DNA of 64,000 bases from a candidate division Kazan bacterium GW2011_GWA1_50_15 (GCA_001029795.1 CP011216.1:279128-343127); one strand, 5' to 3'. Positions 9,271-19,595 are shown, numbered from the stretch's first letter. Made by a program: numbers and translations. The notes: generated by a model from the letters alone, not told the origin.

Positions 9271-10215
9271 TTATTCTTCAGAATTACTAGATGCATCGAA
9301 GTGCAAACCAAGTTCATCTAGTTTAGACATGATCTCGTCCAGAGCTTTAGCCCCTAGACCTTTCAAACCCTGCAGTTTATCTGGGCCAAGCTCTAGAATA
9401 TCACTGATCTTTTTCGCCCCATTGTTGATCAGAGCGTTGGTAGTCCGGATGGACAGGTTGATCTCGTCCACGTTGAAATCGCGGACATCGCCAGTAACGG
9501 CCTCCTGTTCTGTGACTGGCACCTCAACGTCAGACGGCGTGGCCCCAAAAGTACCGAGCTGGTTACTGAGGATTTGGGCGCTTTGCTTAATAGCTTCGTC
9601 CGGGGCCATAGTGCCATCAGTGAGAATGTCGATGGTCAGCTTATCGTAATTAACCATCTCGCCTACCCGGGTCGGCTCCACTTTAAACGCCACTTTTTGT
9701 ACCGGGGAGAAAGCCGCATCAATAGCGATAGTGCCAATAGAGAAACTCTCATCGTCCATCTTCTCGCTCGGCAGGTACCCGCGGCCTGAAGTAACAGTGA
9801 TATCAATATCGAGAGTTGCTTTGTCGGCGAGAGTTGCTATCTCGACTTCAGGGTTAACCAACTCGGCCGAACTGGGTATCTGCAAATCCGCGCCAGTGAT
9901 CGCCCCTGCTTTGGTGGCGTGAAGTTTGACCGATACCGGACCCATCTCGTGCAGTTTAAACCGGAGCTGTTTGAGGTTCAGAATCACTTGCACGGCGTCT
10001 TCTTTCACGCCAGGGATGGGAGAGAACTCGTGGTCTATCCCAGAGATCTTGGCCGCGACGACAGCCACCCCGGGCAAAGAACCCAATAAAATTCTCCGTA
10101 GGGCGTTACCGACCGTGGTGCCGTAGCCTGGGAAAAATGGCTCGACCACAAAGACAGCGCGATTACCGGCTTTTTCTTCTATTTTGATACTTGGCAAGTT
10201 GATGTCGTTCATCAT
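9271..10215 (-). CDS. rpoA: RNA polymerase alpha subunit
   Basis: EPFFPGYGTTVGNALRRILL, HEFSPIPGVKED, alpha-CTD. Confidence 0.98.
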   Translation of the reverse strand: MMNDINLPSIKIEEKAGNRAVFVVEPFFPGYGTTVGNALRRILLGSLPGVAVVAAKISGIDHEFSPIPGVKEDAVQVILNLKQLRFKLHEMGPVSVKLHATKAGAITGADLQIPSSAELVNPEVEIATLADKATLDIDITVTSGRGYLPSEKMDDESFSIGTIAIDAAFSPVQKVAFKVEPTRVGEMVNYDKLTIDILTDGTMAPDEAIKQSAQILSNQLGTFGATPSDVEVPVTEQEAVTGDVRDFNVDEINLSIRTTNALINNGAKKISDILELGPDKLQGLKGLGAKALDEIMSKLDELGLHFDASSNSEE

Positions 10216-10237
10216 AAACAGTTCCCCATAAAAATTA

Positions 10238-10864
10238 TTACTTTGAGTAGAATTCGATTATTAATCTTTCATTGAACGGAACTTCGATCTCGTCACGCGT
10301 GGGTACGGATGTCATTTCAATCTTCAGCTGTTCCGGGTCGACCTTGAGCCAACTGACAGGTTTATTCCCGCGGGCTAGCTCCTGCAGCTTAGTTTTTAGA
10401 GCCGGGCGTGAACTAACTCCCGTAATCACGTCTCCGGGTCGAATATGGATCGAGGGGATATCGACTTTACGGCCGTTAACCGCAAAGTGGCCATGACTGA
10501 CTGCTTGACGAGCCATGGGATGCGAATCGGCAAGACCGGCCCGGTAGACGATATTGTCGAGACGACTTTCAAGACCGGCTAGTAGCGCTATGTCAGTTGA
10601 GTCGGTCTGCCGTTTGCCGGCGGTGTAGTATTTTTTCATCTGCTTCTCGGTCAGATGATAAAAGACTCTGGCCTTCTGCTTCTCTTTGAGCTGTTGACCA
10701 TAACCGGTCGTCCGCGTAAAGGTCCTCTTCTTACCATGAGACCCGGGCGGCTGCTTGCGATGGAGTTTGGTGTATTTAACTCCGACTGCACGATCAGCGC
10801 TCAAGGCGAACTCTTCGCCCAGGCTTCGCACCTTCTTCATGGTTGGTCCAGTATATCTTGCCAT
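10238..10864 (-). CDS. rpsD: 30S ribosomal protein S4
   Basis: MARYTGP, QLKEKQK, LESRLDNIVYR, IIEFYSK. Confidence 0.98.
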   Translation of the reverse strand: MARYTGPTMKKVRSLGEEFALSADRAVGVKYTKLHRKQPPGSHGKKRTFTRTTGYGQQLKEKQKARVFYHLTEKQMKKYYTAGKRQTDSTDIALLAGLESRLDNIVYRAGLADSHPMARQAVSHGHFAVNGRKVDIPSIHIRPGDVITGVSSRPALKTKLQELARGNKPVSWLKVDPEQLKIEMTSVPTRDEIEVPFNERLIIEFYSK

Positions 10865-11329
10865 TTAGACTCTCCTTGCTTTACGCGGTCTGGGACCGTT
10901 ATGCGGGATGGGCGTAACATCCTTAATCGTGGTTACCTCTACCCCCGCCTGCGCGATGGAGCGGATAGCCGCGTCTCTGCCAGTTCCAACGCCCTGAACA
11001 AAAATTTGTATCTTCTGCAGTCCCATCCCAACCACTCGATTAATCGCCGCGCTAGCCGCTTTGGACGAGGCAAACGAGGTAGATTTCTTAGAGCCCCTAA
11101 ACCCCTGCTGTCCAGCTGAGCCGGTGGATAGCACCGCACCGGCGCTATCAGTAATAGTAATTAAAGTGTTGTTAAAGGTAGATTTAATGTAAGCTCTGCC
11201 CTCTAATACAGTTCGCTTGACCCGTTTCTTCTTAGGCTTGGCGGCCGCCTTAGCAGCGATGGCTTGCTGCTTGACTTCGGCCTTCTTGCCTTTCTCGGCC
11301 TTCTTTTGTAGACGCTTCTTTCTGCTCAT
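10865..11329 (-). CDS. rpsK: 30S ribosomal protein S11 (basic N-terminal extension)
   Basis: STFNNT, DVTPIPHNG. Confidence 0.97.
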   Translation of the reverse strand: MSRKKRLQKKAEKGKKAEVKQQAIAAKAAAKPKKKRVKRTVLEGRAYIKSTFNNTLITITDSAGAVLSTGSAGQQGFRGSKKSTSFASSKAASAAINRVVGMGLQKIQIFVQGVGTGRDAAIRSIAQAGVEVTTIKDVTPIPHNGPRPRKARRV

Positions 11330-11332
11330 GGT

Positions 11333-11719
11333 TTATGTCTTATCACCCGTCTTCTTGCGGCCACTACCCATTGTGACCCGCTTGCCGCGCTTGGTCCGTG
11401 CGTTAGTCTTGGTCCGTTGACCATGAACGGGGAGTTTTCTGGCATGGCGTTGACCCCGATAGCTGCCGACATCTTTCAGCCGTCTAATATTAGTTGATAC
11501 CTCTCGTCTCAGGTCCCCCTCGACCGTCAGGCGTTTTTCGATCATATCACGCAGTTTAGCCTCCTCCGCTTCAGTCAGATCTTTGACCTTGGTAGTGGGA
11601 GCGATTTTGGTATCACGCAGTACCTGGGCGCTGAGGGACCGACCGATACCATAAATCGCTATCAGCGCGATGTCGATCTTCTTGTTATCATCCAGATTTA
11701 TCCCAGCTAGGCGTATCAT
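11333..11719 (-). CDS. rpsM: 30S ribosomal protein S13
   Basis: IYGIGRS, EGDLRR, LPVHGQRTKTNARTKRG. Confidence 0.98.
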   Translation of the reverse strand: MIRLAGINLDDNKKIDIALIAIYGIGRSLSAQVLRDTKIAPTTKVKDLTEAEEAKLRDMIEKRLTVEGDLRREVSTNIRRLKDVGSYRGQRHARKLPVHGQRTKTNARTKRGKRVTMGSGRKKTGDKT

Positions 11720-11721
11720 AT

Positions 11722-11835
11722 CTATCCTTGTCTTTGCTTGTGCTTCTTGTTGGTGCAGATTACCCTAACCACCCCGTCCCGTTTGATCACGCGACATTTT
11801 TTACAGATCGGTTTGACAGAGGCGGCTACCTTCAT
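11722..11835 (-). CDS. rpmJ: 50S ribosomal protein L36
   Basis: Below ORF-track cut-off; hand translation [37 protein letters not shown]. Confidence 0.97.
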   Translation of the reverse strand: MKVAASVKPICKKCRVIKRDGVVRVICTNKKHKQRQG

Positions 11836-11868
11836 GGGTGGATTAAATTATTTCGAATTATCTAATAT

Positions 11869-12090
11869 TTAGGCTCTGTGCCGGTAAGTGATCCGGCCTT
11901 TCTCTATATCATAGGGGCTCATCTCGACTGACACCTTATCGCCAGGCAGAATCTTGATATAGTGCATTCTCATCTTGCCGGAGATATGCGCCAGGATGGT
12001 GTGGCCGCCCTCAAGCTCCACCTTAAAGGTGGCGTTTGGGAGGGCTTCGACCACGGTCCCCTCAAGTTCAATTACCTGCTTGTCGGCCAT
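11869..12090 (-). CDS. infA: Translation initiation factor IF-1
   Basis: EALPNATF...[18 protein letters not shown]. Confidence 0.98.
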   Translation of the reverse strand: MADKQVIELEGTVVEALPNATFKVELEGGHTILAHISGKMRMHYIKILPGDKVSVEMSPYDIEKGRITYRHRA

Positions 12091-12136
12091 AAAAATTACT
12101 TTGCTATTATTCTATTTTTCGCCTAATTAGTCAAGA

Positions 12137-12898
12137 TTAATGGCTCCCAATGAGCGTTTCCAGGGGGGTAATCACCTCATAGCCAGTGGGGGTTACCAGT
12201 ACCGTATGCTCGAACTCAGCTGCCGGTCGGCCGTCCGCGGTTCGGGTGCTCCAGCCGTCGGCCTCAGTGATCACTTCGTCAGTGCCCAGCCCCGTGATCG
12301 GTTCGATGGCAATAGCCATGGCGGAGGTCAGCGTGGGGTCTTGGCCCCGGTCGACAAAGTTCGGGATCATCGGGCTTTCATGGAGTTTACGACCGACTCC
12401 GTGGCCAACGAACTGACGAAAGATAGTCAGACCGCGAGCGGTCAAAGTTTTCTCGATTGCACGAGAGATGGAGCTAACCTTGGCTCCAGCACGCACTTCA
12501 TTGGTCCCAGCTAGCAGCGCCGCATAGGCACCATCCAACAGCCTGGTAACGGATGGGCTAACTCGTCCCACCGTCCAAGTAACCGCCGCGTCAGTGTGAA
12601 GCCCTTGATAGTACAGACCCATGTCCACGGTGATAATGTCTCCGTCTTTGAGCTGGATATCGCGTGGCAAACAATGAACCACTTGGTCATTAACACAGAG
12701 ACACACTGGCGCCGGATAGCCTTCAAACCCTTGGAATGACGGCAGCCCTCCCTGGCGTTTAGCTTCGGTCTCAGCCAGTTTGGCGAGTAACCGTAAGTTA
12801 GTGCCTGGTTTAATTTCTTGACGCAATCGTTCCAGAACCAGCACTAACCGCCGGCCGCCCTCGCGCAGATAATTGATCTCTTCAGGGGTAAGCGTCAT
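12137..12898 (-). CDS. map: Methionine aminopeptidase type I
   Basis: VNDQVVH, DMG...HTDAA, GHGVG..LHE, AIEP, EFEHT. Confidence 0.95.
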   Translation of the reverse strand: MTLTPEEINYLREGGRRLVLVLERLRQEIKPGTNLRLLAKLAETEAKRQGGLPSFQGFEGYPAPVCLCVNDQVVHCLPRDIQLKDGDIITVDMGLYYQGLHTDAAVTWTVGRVSPSVTRLLDGAYAALLAGTNEVRAGAKVSSISRAIEKTLTARGLTIFRQFVGHGVGRKLHESPMIPNFVDRGQDPTLTSAMAIAIEPITGLGTDEVITEADGWSTRTADGRPAAEFEHTVLVTPTGYEVITPLETLIGSH

Positions 12899-13470
12899 AG
12901 ATCTAGGGCTTGTTTAATGGCTTTATGCACTGACGATCTTGGTCTATCGCCATCGATTACTTTTAATGAGCGATTCGCCCGATAGTGAGCTAGGAGCTTG
13001 CGTGCCTGCTGATTGAAGATCTGGACGCGCCGATTGATAGTCGTCGGGTTTTGATCGTCTAAGCGATTCTCAAGTTTGGCCCGATGCAGCAGTCTGGCTC
13101 GCATAGCCCTGACTGGGAGTTTCAGATAAACCATCGTTACCCGACGCTTGGATTGCCGCAGCAGTTTGTCTAGTTCGCTGGCCTGGCGCGGGCTACGGGG
13201 GTAGCCGTCGAAGATCACCGGCCGCGCACCAGCCAAACGCAGGTGCTGCCTGGCTATCTGGGTGGTGATACCGATCGGGATCAGTTTGCCGGCGTTCATT
13301 AATGATCTGACTGCCCGCGACTGGGCTGAACGACCGCGGGCTAAACACCTGATCTGGGCTCCCATATCAACATGGTGGGCGCCTAATTTTTTAATTAACA
13401 ACTGGGCTTGCGTTCCTTTGCCGGAACCCGGCCCGCCGTACAGGATAATATCGGAATTAAATTTCGTCAT
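12895..13470 (-). CDS. adk: Adenylate kinase (short LID)
   Basis: GGPGSGKGTQA, FDGYPR, RLDD; located after secY. Confidence 0.92.
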   Translation of the reverse strand: MTKFNSDIILYGGPGSGKGTQAQLLIKKLGAHHVDMGAQIRCLARGRSAQSRAVRSLMNAGKLIPIGITTQIARQHLRLAGARPVIFDGYPRSPRQASELDKLLRQSKRRVTMVYLKLPVRAMRARLLHRAKLENRLDDQNPTTINRRVQIFNQQARKLLAHYRANRSLKVIDGDRPRSSVHKAIKQALDL

Positions 13471-14731
13471 ACTGCTTCATGATCAGTTGAGCTCTGATCT
13501 GACGCATGGTCTCCAACGCTACCGACACGACGATCAGCAGACCGGTTCCACCCAGACTCAATGTGGTAATCCCGGTGGCGGCTTGAGCCAGCAGCGGCAG
13601 GATAGCGATCAGACCCAAAAAGATAGCGCCAGCCAGCGTGATGCGATTGGAGACAAAGGTAAGAAAGTCCACGGTCTGCTTGCCGGGACGGATCCCGGGG
13701 ATGAACCCCCCCGACCGCTGAATGTTTTCAGCGACGTTGTCGGGCCGGAAGATAACCCAGGTATAAAAATAGGTAAAGAAGACCACTAGGACAAAATAAA
13801 GCACTCCATAAAAGAGTTGGTCTTGAAATAGTTTTTGAATAAAGTCAGCCGCTTGTGCGATCCAAGGAGTCCGCGCCGCCGCGAAGAATGAGGCGATCAG
13901 GCCTGGGAAAAGCAGCAGCGACAAGGCAAAGATGATCGGGATGACTCCGGCTTGGTTAACTCGGAGCGGCAAGTGATTGGTCTGACCTGAAAATAACCGG
14001 TTGCCGCCACCGCGCCCAGCGTAGGCGATGGGGATATTGCGCTGCCCCTCGGTGATATAGACCACAAAGTAGATGGTAATAATGGCCAATAACCCAAAGA
14101 TAATGATGTTAACCAATTTCCCCACATCAAATAGCGCAATGGTGCCAGACAGGGCTGACGGCAGAGCTTCTAATATACCCACAAAGATGATCAGTGATAC
14201 CCCGTTGCCGATACCCATCTCGGAGATCAGCTCCCCTAACCACATCAACAGCATGGTCCCGGCGGTGACTACCATTAGAATAGCCATTAGCCGCAAGGGA
14301 GAGATATCGCCTAAAATAGAGACGTCCGAACGCTGTAATAAACTAACCATCCCCCAGGACTGCAGCAGCCCTAATGGGACTGTCAGCAGACGAGTGTACT
14401 GGTTGATCTTGCGCCGGCCGTACTCCCCTTCCTTTTGAAGCGCTTCAATGCTGGGGATAGCCATTGTCATCAACTGCATAATGATCGAAGCGTTGATGTA
14501 GGGCGCCACGCCCATCATAGCGATGGAGAATTTATTGAGAGCACCACCAGAGAACAGATCGACTAGGCCGAGGAACTGGTTACTAGAGAAAACCTGCTGC
14601 AGCGCTTCTAGATTAACACCCGGCATCGGGGTATGGACCACCAGCCGGACGATCACTAGTAGAAGCAGCGTCATCAAGATCCGATTCCGCAGATCCTTAT
14701 GTTTCCAGATGTGAGTAATGGTAGCTAACAT
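13457..14731 (-). CDS. secY: Preprotein translocase SecY
   Basis: PYINASIIMQL, GIGNGVSLIIF, AGVIPIIFA, FIPGIRPG. Confidence 0.98.
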   Translation of the reverse strand: MLATITHIWKHKDLRNRILMTLLLLVIVRLVVHTPMPGVNLEALQQVFSSNQFLGLVDLFSGGALNKFSIAMMGVAPYINASIIMQLMTMAIPSIEALQKEGEYGRRKINQYTRLLTVPLGLLQSWGMVSLLQRSDVSILGDISPLRLMAILMVVTAGTMLLMWLGELISEMGIGNGVSLIIFVGILEALPSALSGTIALFDVGKLVNIIIFGLLAIITIYFVVYITEGQRNIPIAYAGRGGGNRLFSGQTNHLPLRVNQAGVIPIIFALSLLLFPGLIASFFAAARTPWIAQAADFIQKLFQDQLFYGVLYFVLVVFFTYFYTWVIFRPDNVAENIQRSGGFIPGIRPGKQTVDFLTFVSNRITLAGAIFLGLIAILPLLAQAATGITTLSLGGTGLLIVVSVALETMRQIRAQLIMKQYDEI

Positions 14732-14732
14732 A

Positions 14733-15182
14733 TTACTGAATGATCTCCACTTTCCCGCCAGCCGCTTCGATCTGTTTGCGGGCGGATGCGGATATAAAAT
14801 GCGTTTGAACAGTAAGATTGGCTTGCGCTTCGCCTTCGCCGAGTACCTTAACTTTGGTCCCGGATAAAACCAAGCCCCTTTGTTTTAATCCTTCAAGACT
14901 AATCTGACCATCTACAGCATAACGCTTTAGATCTTTTAAGTTCAGCCTAAAGACACTAAATTTGCGGTTAGCCCGAAAACCTTTCTTCTTGGCAATGCGC
15001 TGCACCAGCGGCATCTGACCGCCTTCGAACTTAGCTGAGAGCTTTTTGCCGGTACGCGCCTTCTGGCCCTTAGTCCCCCGGCCTGAGGTACTCCCCCGTC
15101 CAGCACTGTCGCCGCGGCCAGAGCGGGCTTTGGTTTTATATCGGCCGCTGCCAACTATATTGTGTAGATTAGTCTCGTTCAT
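14733..15182 (-). CDS. rplO: 50S ribosomal protein L15
   Basis: GRGTKGQKAR, FEGGQMPL. Confidence 0.96.
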   Translation of the reverse strand: MNETNLHNIVGSGRYKTKARSGRGDSAGRGSTSGRGTKGQKARTGKKLSAKFEGGQMPLVQRIAKKKGFRANRKFSVFRLNLKDLKRYAVDGQISLEGLKQRGLVLSGTKVKVLGEGEAQANLTVQTHFISASARKQIEAAGGKVEIIQ

Positions 15183-15751
15183 GATGGTGATTCCGCTTTA
15201 GATTTGCCGGCTGGCCGGGCCACACCTCGGCTTTCCCAGATAGCTTGCGGGGATGTGATACGGCCGAGAGCGTCAACCGTGGCAACAATATTACTGATTT
15301 TGTTGCTCGAGCCTAGCATTTTAGCTACCGCATCCTTCACTCCTGCCAGATCCAAAACGATCCGAACCGGGCCTCCCGCGATCAACCCAGTCCCAGGCTG
15401 GGCAGGCTTGATCAACACTTGGGCGCTCTTATGTACGGCCATTATTTGATATGGCAGGGTACCTTTTTGAAGGTAGACCGCTTTAACATCTTTCTTGGCG
15501 TCAGTAACTGCTTTAGCGACGGCGGTGGTCACGTCTGCTGCTTTGCCTAAACCATAGGCTACCCGGCCCTGTTTATCGCCGATCACCACCAGCGCGCGGA
15601 AACGCATGCGTTTGCCGCCCTTAACTACTCGGGTAACCCGATTGATCTCAACTACCCGTTCGTCAAACTCTTTGGGGGCTGAGATCGGCCGCGGCCGGCG
15701 ACCGCCGCGTTGTCCGCCTGACATTGATCTAGTTGAAGAAGTGTTTTCCAT
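15179..15751 (-). CDS. rpsE: 30S ribosomal protein S5
   Basis: INRVTRVVKGG, GTGLIAGG. Confidence 0.98.
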   Translation of the reverse strand: MENTSSTRSMSGGQRGGRRPRPISAPKEFDERVVEINRVTRVVKGGKRMRFRALVVIGDKQGRVAYGLGKAADVTTAVAKAVTDAKKDVKAVYLQKGTLPYQIMAVHKSAQVLIKPAQPGTGLIAGGPVRIVLDLAGVKDAVAKMLGSSNKISNIVATVDALGRITSPQAIWESRGVARPAGKSKAESPS

Positions 15752-15757
15752 ACAAAC

Positions 15758-16105
15758 TTAGAAGCTTAACCCCTGTTCACGGACAGCGTCAGCCAGAGCG
15801 CGCACTCGGCCGTGGTATTGATATGCCCCCCTGTCAAATACAACTTCGGTAATACCAGCCGTTATCGCCAACTTGGCGATATTCTCGCCTACTTGGCGGG
15901 CGGCTTCAGTTTTCGTTTTAGCCTTAGTCTTCAGACTATCGGCGGCGGCTAGCACCTTGCCAGATGCATCGACGATCTGGGCGTAGATCGCTTGGTTGCT
16001 GCGGAATATCGACAGCCGAGGCCGAGCCGCGCGCGAACCGATCCGCGCCCTGGTCCGGGCCTTACGCCAGTGCCGCCTTTGAATAGTTTGTCGTTGTTCG
16101 TTCAT
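15758..16105 (-). CDS. rplR: 50S ribosomal protein L18
   Basis: RPRLSIFRSN, VVFDRG.YQYHGRV. Confidence 0.97.
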   Translation of the reverse strand: MNEQRQTIQRRHWRKARTRARIGSRAARPRLSIFRSNQAIYAQIVDASGKVLAAADSLKTKAKTKTEAARQVGENIAKLAITAGITEVVFDRGAYQYHGRVRALADAVREQGLSF

Positions 16106-16120
16106 AGTCGATTATCTCAA

Positions 16121-16666
16121 TTAACTCGACGCGGTCTTGGCGGCTTTCCCAGCTTTGCGCCGGACCATCTCATCGCTGTAGCGAATACCTTTCCCTTTGT
16201 ATGGTTCCGGCTTTTTCACGGCTCTGATCAATGCAGCCATATGCCCGACTCTTTGCTTGTCGATCCCCGAGATGATCAGTTGATTCTTGTCTTGCTTGAC
16301 CTCAACCCCGTCAATGATATCGAGAACAACTGGGTGAGAGAAACCCACATTGAGTACGATCTGGCTGCCCCGGACTTCCGCTTTGAAGCCAACCCCAGTG
16401 ATCTCCAGCGTGCGGCTAAACCCATCAGTTACCCCTCGTAGATTGTTAGCCAGCAACGAACGGACGAGACCATGGAGCGAGCGAGTGGGCTTATCGTCGC
16501 TCAGACGCTTGACCAATAGCTCAGCGTCTTTTTGCTCAACCGTGATCCTATCCGGGATAGCGATGGATAGTTCGCCCTTACTTCCCTTAATAATAACCTG
16601 ACCGCCACTGATGGCAGCTTGGGTTCCACTAGGAAGACTAATTGGCATTTTACCGATCTTAGACAT
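16121..16666 (-). CDS. rplF: 50S ribosomal protein L6
   Basis: MSKIGKMPI, PEPYKGKGIRY. Confidence 0.98.
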   Translation of the reverse strand: MSKIGKMPISLPSGTQAAISGGQVIIKGSKGELSIAIPDRITVEQKDAELLVKRLSDDKPTRSLHGLVRSLLANNLRGVTDGFSRTLEITGVGFKAEVRGSQIVLNVGFSHPVVLDIIDGVEVKQDKNQLIISGIDKQRVGHMAALIRAVKKPEPYKGKGIRYSDEMVRRKAGKAAKTASS

Positions 16667-16669
16667 AAA

Positions 16670-17071
16670 TTACCAAACTTTAAATAAGACTTCACCGCCT
16701 AAATTTGCCCGTCTGGCTTGGGTGTCGGTCATGATCCCCTGGGAGGTGGATACCACCATCACCCCTACTCCGCCCAGGACCCGATGTAGCCGGTTTACGG
16801 GAGTGTAGACGCGCTGACCGGGCCGGCTCATACGTTCGAGTCCGCGGACCACGGGGCGGCCGTTAGTATATTTCAAAACAATCTTGATCTGCTCGAACTG
16901 ACCAGTTTTGCTGGGGATAGTAGCGACCTCACTAACGTAACCGCTAGTATGCAATAGCCTAGCTATCTCCCACTTGATCCGCGAATACGGCACCAGCACA
17001 AAATCTTTCCGCACACTAAGCCCGTTGCGCACTCTGGTCAATAAGTCTGAAATTGGATCGGTCATCGTCAT
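16670..17071 (-). CDS. rpsH: 30S ribosomal protein S8
   Basis: DPISDLLTRVRNG, SRPGQRVY, STSQGIMTD. Confidence 0.97.
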   Translation of the reverse strand: MTMTDPISDLLTRVRNGLSVRKDFVLVPYSRIKWEIARLLHTSGYVSEVATIPSKTGQFEQIKIVLKYTNGRPVVRGLERMSRPGQRVYTPVNRLHRVLGGVGVMVVSTSQGIMTDTQARRANLGGEVLFKVW

Positions 17072-17092
17072 AGTTATTGATTGGTTAACATC

Positions 17093-17278
17093 CTACCAAC
17101 TCGCTTTTTTAATTCCTGGGAGTTTACCTGTCCGAGCTAGTTCCCTAAAACAGATCCGGCAAATCCCGAAATCTCTTAAAAAACCATGTCGCCGGCCACA
17201 AATCGAGCACCGGTTCATCTGGCGGGTGCTGAACTTGGGTTTCTGCTGAGCCTTATTAACTAATGCTTTTCTTGCCAT
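17093..17278 (-). CDS. rpsN: 30S ribosomal protein S14 (Zn-binding type Z)
   Basis: RCSICGR...CRICFRELA...PGIKKASW. Confidence 0.97.
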   Translation of the reverse strand: MARKALVNKAQQKPKFSTRQMNRCSICGRRHGFLRDFGICRICFRELARTGKLPGIKKASW

Positions 17279-17283
17279 ATGAT

Positions 17284-17844
17284 CTAAATCCTTTCACCTT
17301 TGCCTGGAACGTTAGCTTGAAATGGGAAACCTAATGCGCGGAGCAGATGTCGGGTCTGGTCTTGGTTTTTGGCGGTAGTAACTATTGATATCTCTAGACT
17401 AAATACCTTGTCGATATTCTCAAAAACGATCTCTGGGAAGACGACGTGTTCGGTCAACCCAAGAGTGTAGCCACCCCGACCATCAAATCCCGCCGACGGA
17501 TTTAAGCCCTGGAAATCTCTTACTCGCGGCAGAGCGACCTGAACTAATTTATCCAGAAAGTCATGCATTCTGCCCCCGCGCAAGGTAATCTTGACCCCGA
17601 CCGGATCGCCTTCGCGGACTTTGAATCCAGCAATTGACTGCTTAGCTTTGGTGATCACGGGCAGCTGACCAGTAATCCGCTTTAGTTCGTCGGCGATGGC
17701 CCCGATCGCTTTGGTGTCACCGGCTAGCTTCCCAACCCCAACATTCACTACCACCTTCATGATCTTCGGAACAGCCGAAACCGACTTGAGTCCAAGCTCA
17801 GTTTTTAGAGTGGGCAGTAGATTTTGGTAGTTACTTTTTGACAT
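17284..17844 (-). CDS. rplE: 50S ribosomal protein L5
   Basis: [24 protein letters not shown]; ATG at 17844 chosen. Confidence 0.96.
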   Translation of the reverse strand: MSKSNYQNLLPTLKTELGLKSVSAVPKIMKVVVNVGVGKLAGDTKAIGAIADELKRITGQLPVITKAKQSIAGFKVREGDPVGVKITLRGGRMHDFLDKLVQVALPRVRDFQGLNPSAGFDGRGGYTLGLTEHVVFPEIVFENIDKVFSLEISIVTTAKNQDQTRHLLRALGFPFQANVPGKGERI

Positions 17845-18154
17845 CTTCGATGATAGCCTTACAAACCCTACAGACACGCTTTTTAACCTCCCCTATCCGA
17901 TGATACCCGACGCGGGTTGGGTGATTGCAGCTGGGGCAGATCAACATAACGCTCTCGACCGGCATCGCAGCCACCACTTCAACGATCCCGCCGGGCTGAC
18001 GATTCTGCCCGCCGCGACGCTGATGCCGCTTATGGATGTTCACACCCTCAACCTTCACCTTGCCTAACTGGTGGTCGGCTGACGCCACATGCCCGCTCTT
18101 GCCGCGGTCACGTCCTTTAATGACTAATACTTTGTCGCCTTTTTTAACCTTCAT
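17831..18154 (-). CDS. rplX: 50S ribosomal protein L24
   Basis: KKGDKVLVIKGRDRGKSG, VEGVN. Confidence 0.96.
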   Translation of the reverse strand: MKVKKGDKVLVIKGRDRGKSGHVASADHQLGKVKVEGVNIHKRHQRRGGQNRQPGGIVEVVAAMPVESVMLICPSCNHPTRVGYHRIGEVKKRVCRVCKAIIEDVKK

Positions 18155-18174
18155 TACAATACCTCTGGTGAATT

Positions 18175-18263
18175 ATCTCGAGAGGGCAACCAAGAGTTTC
18201 CCTCTCGACGCTCGTCGGCGAAGCCAAGTTCGTCAGCTGACGAACTAAGCTCACTGCTCTCCC
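18175..18263. mobile_element. Structured ~87-nt dispersed element, copy 1 (rplN-rplX spacer)
   Basis: Reverse complement aligns with 28038-28124 and 52999-53084; two hairpins. Confidence 0.75.
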
Positions 18264-18309
18264 TTCCTCGGATTGTTGGATATTGATTGTTCATAGGGGT
18301 ATTAAACAT

Positions 18310-18678
18310 TTATAAAACTTCAGGCGCTAGTGACACTATCTTCATAAAGTTGCGGTCGCGCAGTTCGCGAGCGACGGGACCAAATACCCGAGTGCCGCGG
18401 GGTTGCTTGCTAGCATCAACTATCACAATGGCGTTCTCATCGAACCGGATCCAACTGCCGTCGGGCCGGTGGGTGGCTCTGACCGTTCTTACCACCACGC
18501 CTTTGATTATTTCTTTCTTCTTCACTACACCGGTCGGTGAGGCCACTTTAACGGCGCACACCACAATGTCACCCAAACCGGCGTACCGGCGGCGGCTGCC
18601 GCCGAGCACCTTAATGCATCTAACCGCTTTGGCGCCAGTGTTGTCCGCTACTCTTAAATTAGTGCCAGCTTGAATCAT
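18310..18678 (-). CDS. rplN: 50S ribosomal protein L14
   Basis: [27 protein letters not shown]. Confidence 0.98.
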   Translation of the reverse strand: MIQAGTNLRVADNTGAKAVRCIKVLGGSRRRYAGLGDIVVCAVKVASPTGVVKKKEIIKGVVVRTVRATHRPDGSWIRFDENAIVIVDASKQPRGTRVFGPVARELRDRNFMKIVSLAPEVL

Positions 18679-18684
18679 AACAAT

Positions 18685-18957
18685 TTAATCTATGGAAACC
18701 TCTGGTGACTTAGATGTTATTTGGATGATCTCCCAATGTTTAGTTTTACTGATCGGCCTAGTTTCGCCGATTACTACAGTATCCCCCGCCTTGACGGCGT
18801 CGGCTTGATCGTGGGCCGCAAACCGCTTCGTCTGCCGGATACGTTTCTTATATAAAGGATGTGGCACATAAGTATCCACCCGCACAATGACGGTCTGTTT
18901 TCCGGCCCGACTGATGGCGACACCGGTTTTCTGTTGTCGATACGATTGTTTATTCAT
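18685..18957 (-). CDS. rpsQ: 30S ribosomal protein S17
   Basis: HPLYKK, AHD, ETRPISKTKHW. Confidence 0.96.
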   Translation of the reverse strand: MNKQSYRQQKTGVAISRAGKQTVIVRVDTYVPHPLYKKRIRQTKRFAAHDQADAVKAGDTVVIGETRPISKTKHWEIIQITSKSPEVSID

Positions 18958-19177
18958 GAGGTTGGATACTGGCTAAGATAACTTTTTCTTGCTGTACAGT
19001 TTTAAGCCTGGCTAGTTCTTGCTTGGTTTTGCGGATCAGCGCGTGGTTGGTTAGTTTGCGGATAGCAAGTTCGGCCTGAAGCTCCTGCAACCGATGTCTG
19101 GTCTCGGCTATCTTTTTCACCAACGCCTCTGCGTCCAGTTTACGATAATCTTGGATGATGATCTGCGACTTGGCCAT
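18950..19177 (-). CDS. rpmC: 50S ribosomal protein L29
   Basis: Position in S10 operon; IRKTKQELARLKT. Confidence 0.88.
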   Translation of the reverse strand: MAKSQIIIQDYRKLDAEALVKKIAETRHRLQELQAELAIRKLTNHALIRKTKQELARLKTVQQEKVILASIQPHE

Positions 19178-19590
19178 TATCCTTCTCCTTTAGTGATAAC
19201 TTTAGTCTTCACCGGCAGTTTGTAACCGGCTAACCGCAAGGCTTTGGTGGCGACATTGGCTGGCACCCCGTCCATCTCGAACATGACCGTACCTGGTTTC
19301 ACCGTGGCTACATAGTGGCTAACCGCGCCCTTACCGCCGCCCATCCGAGTTTCGTTCGGGGTAGCTGTAACGGCTTGATGCGGGAAGATCCGGATCCAGA
19401 CCCGCCCTTCGCGTTTAATAAAGTGCGTGATGGCACGCCTAGCCGCCTCAATCTGCCGCGAGGTAATCCAGTTGGCATCCAGGGACTTAAGACCATATTT
19501 ACCAAAGCTAACCAAATTAGTCCGGGTCGCCACGCCCCCGCGTTTGCCTCGATGCTGTTTTCTGAATTTAACTTTCTTAGGTAGTAGCAT
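19177..19590 (-). CDS. rplP: 50S ribosomal protein L16
   Basis: MLLPKKVKFRKQHRG, QIEAARRA, RMGGGKG. Confidence 0.98.
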   Translation of the reverse strand: MLLPKKVKFRKQHRGKRGGVATRTNLVSFGKYGLKSLDANWITSRQIEAARRAITHFIKREGRVWIRIFPHQAVTATPNETRMGGGKGAVSHYVATVKPGTVMFEMDGVPANVATKALRLAGYKLPVKTKVITKGEG

Positions 19591-19595
19591 AACGA

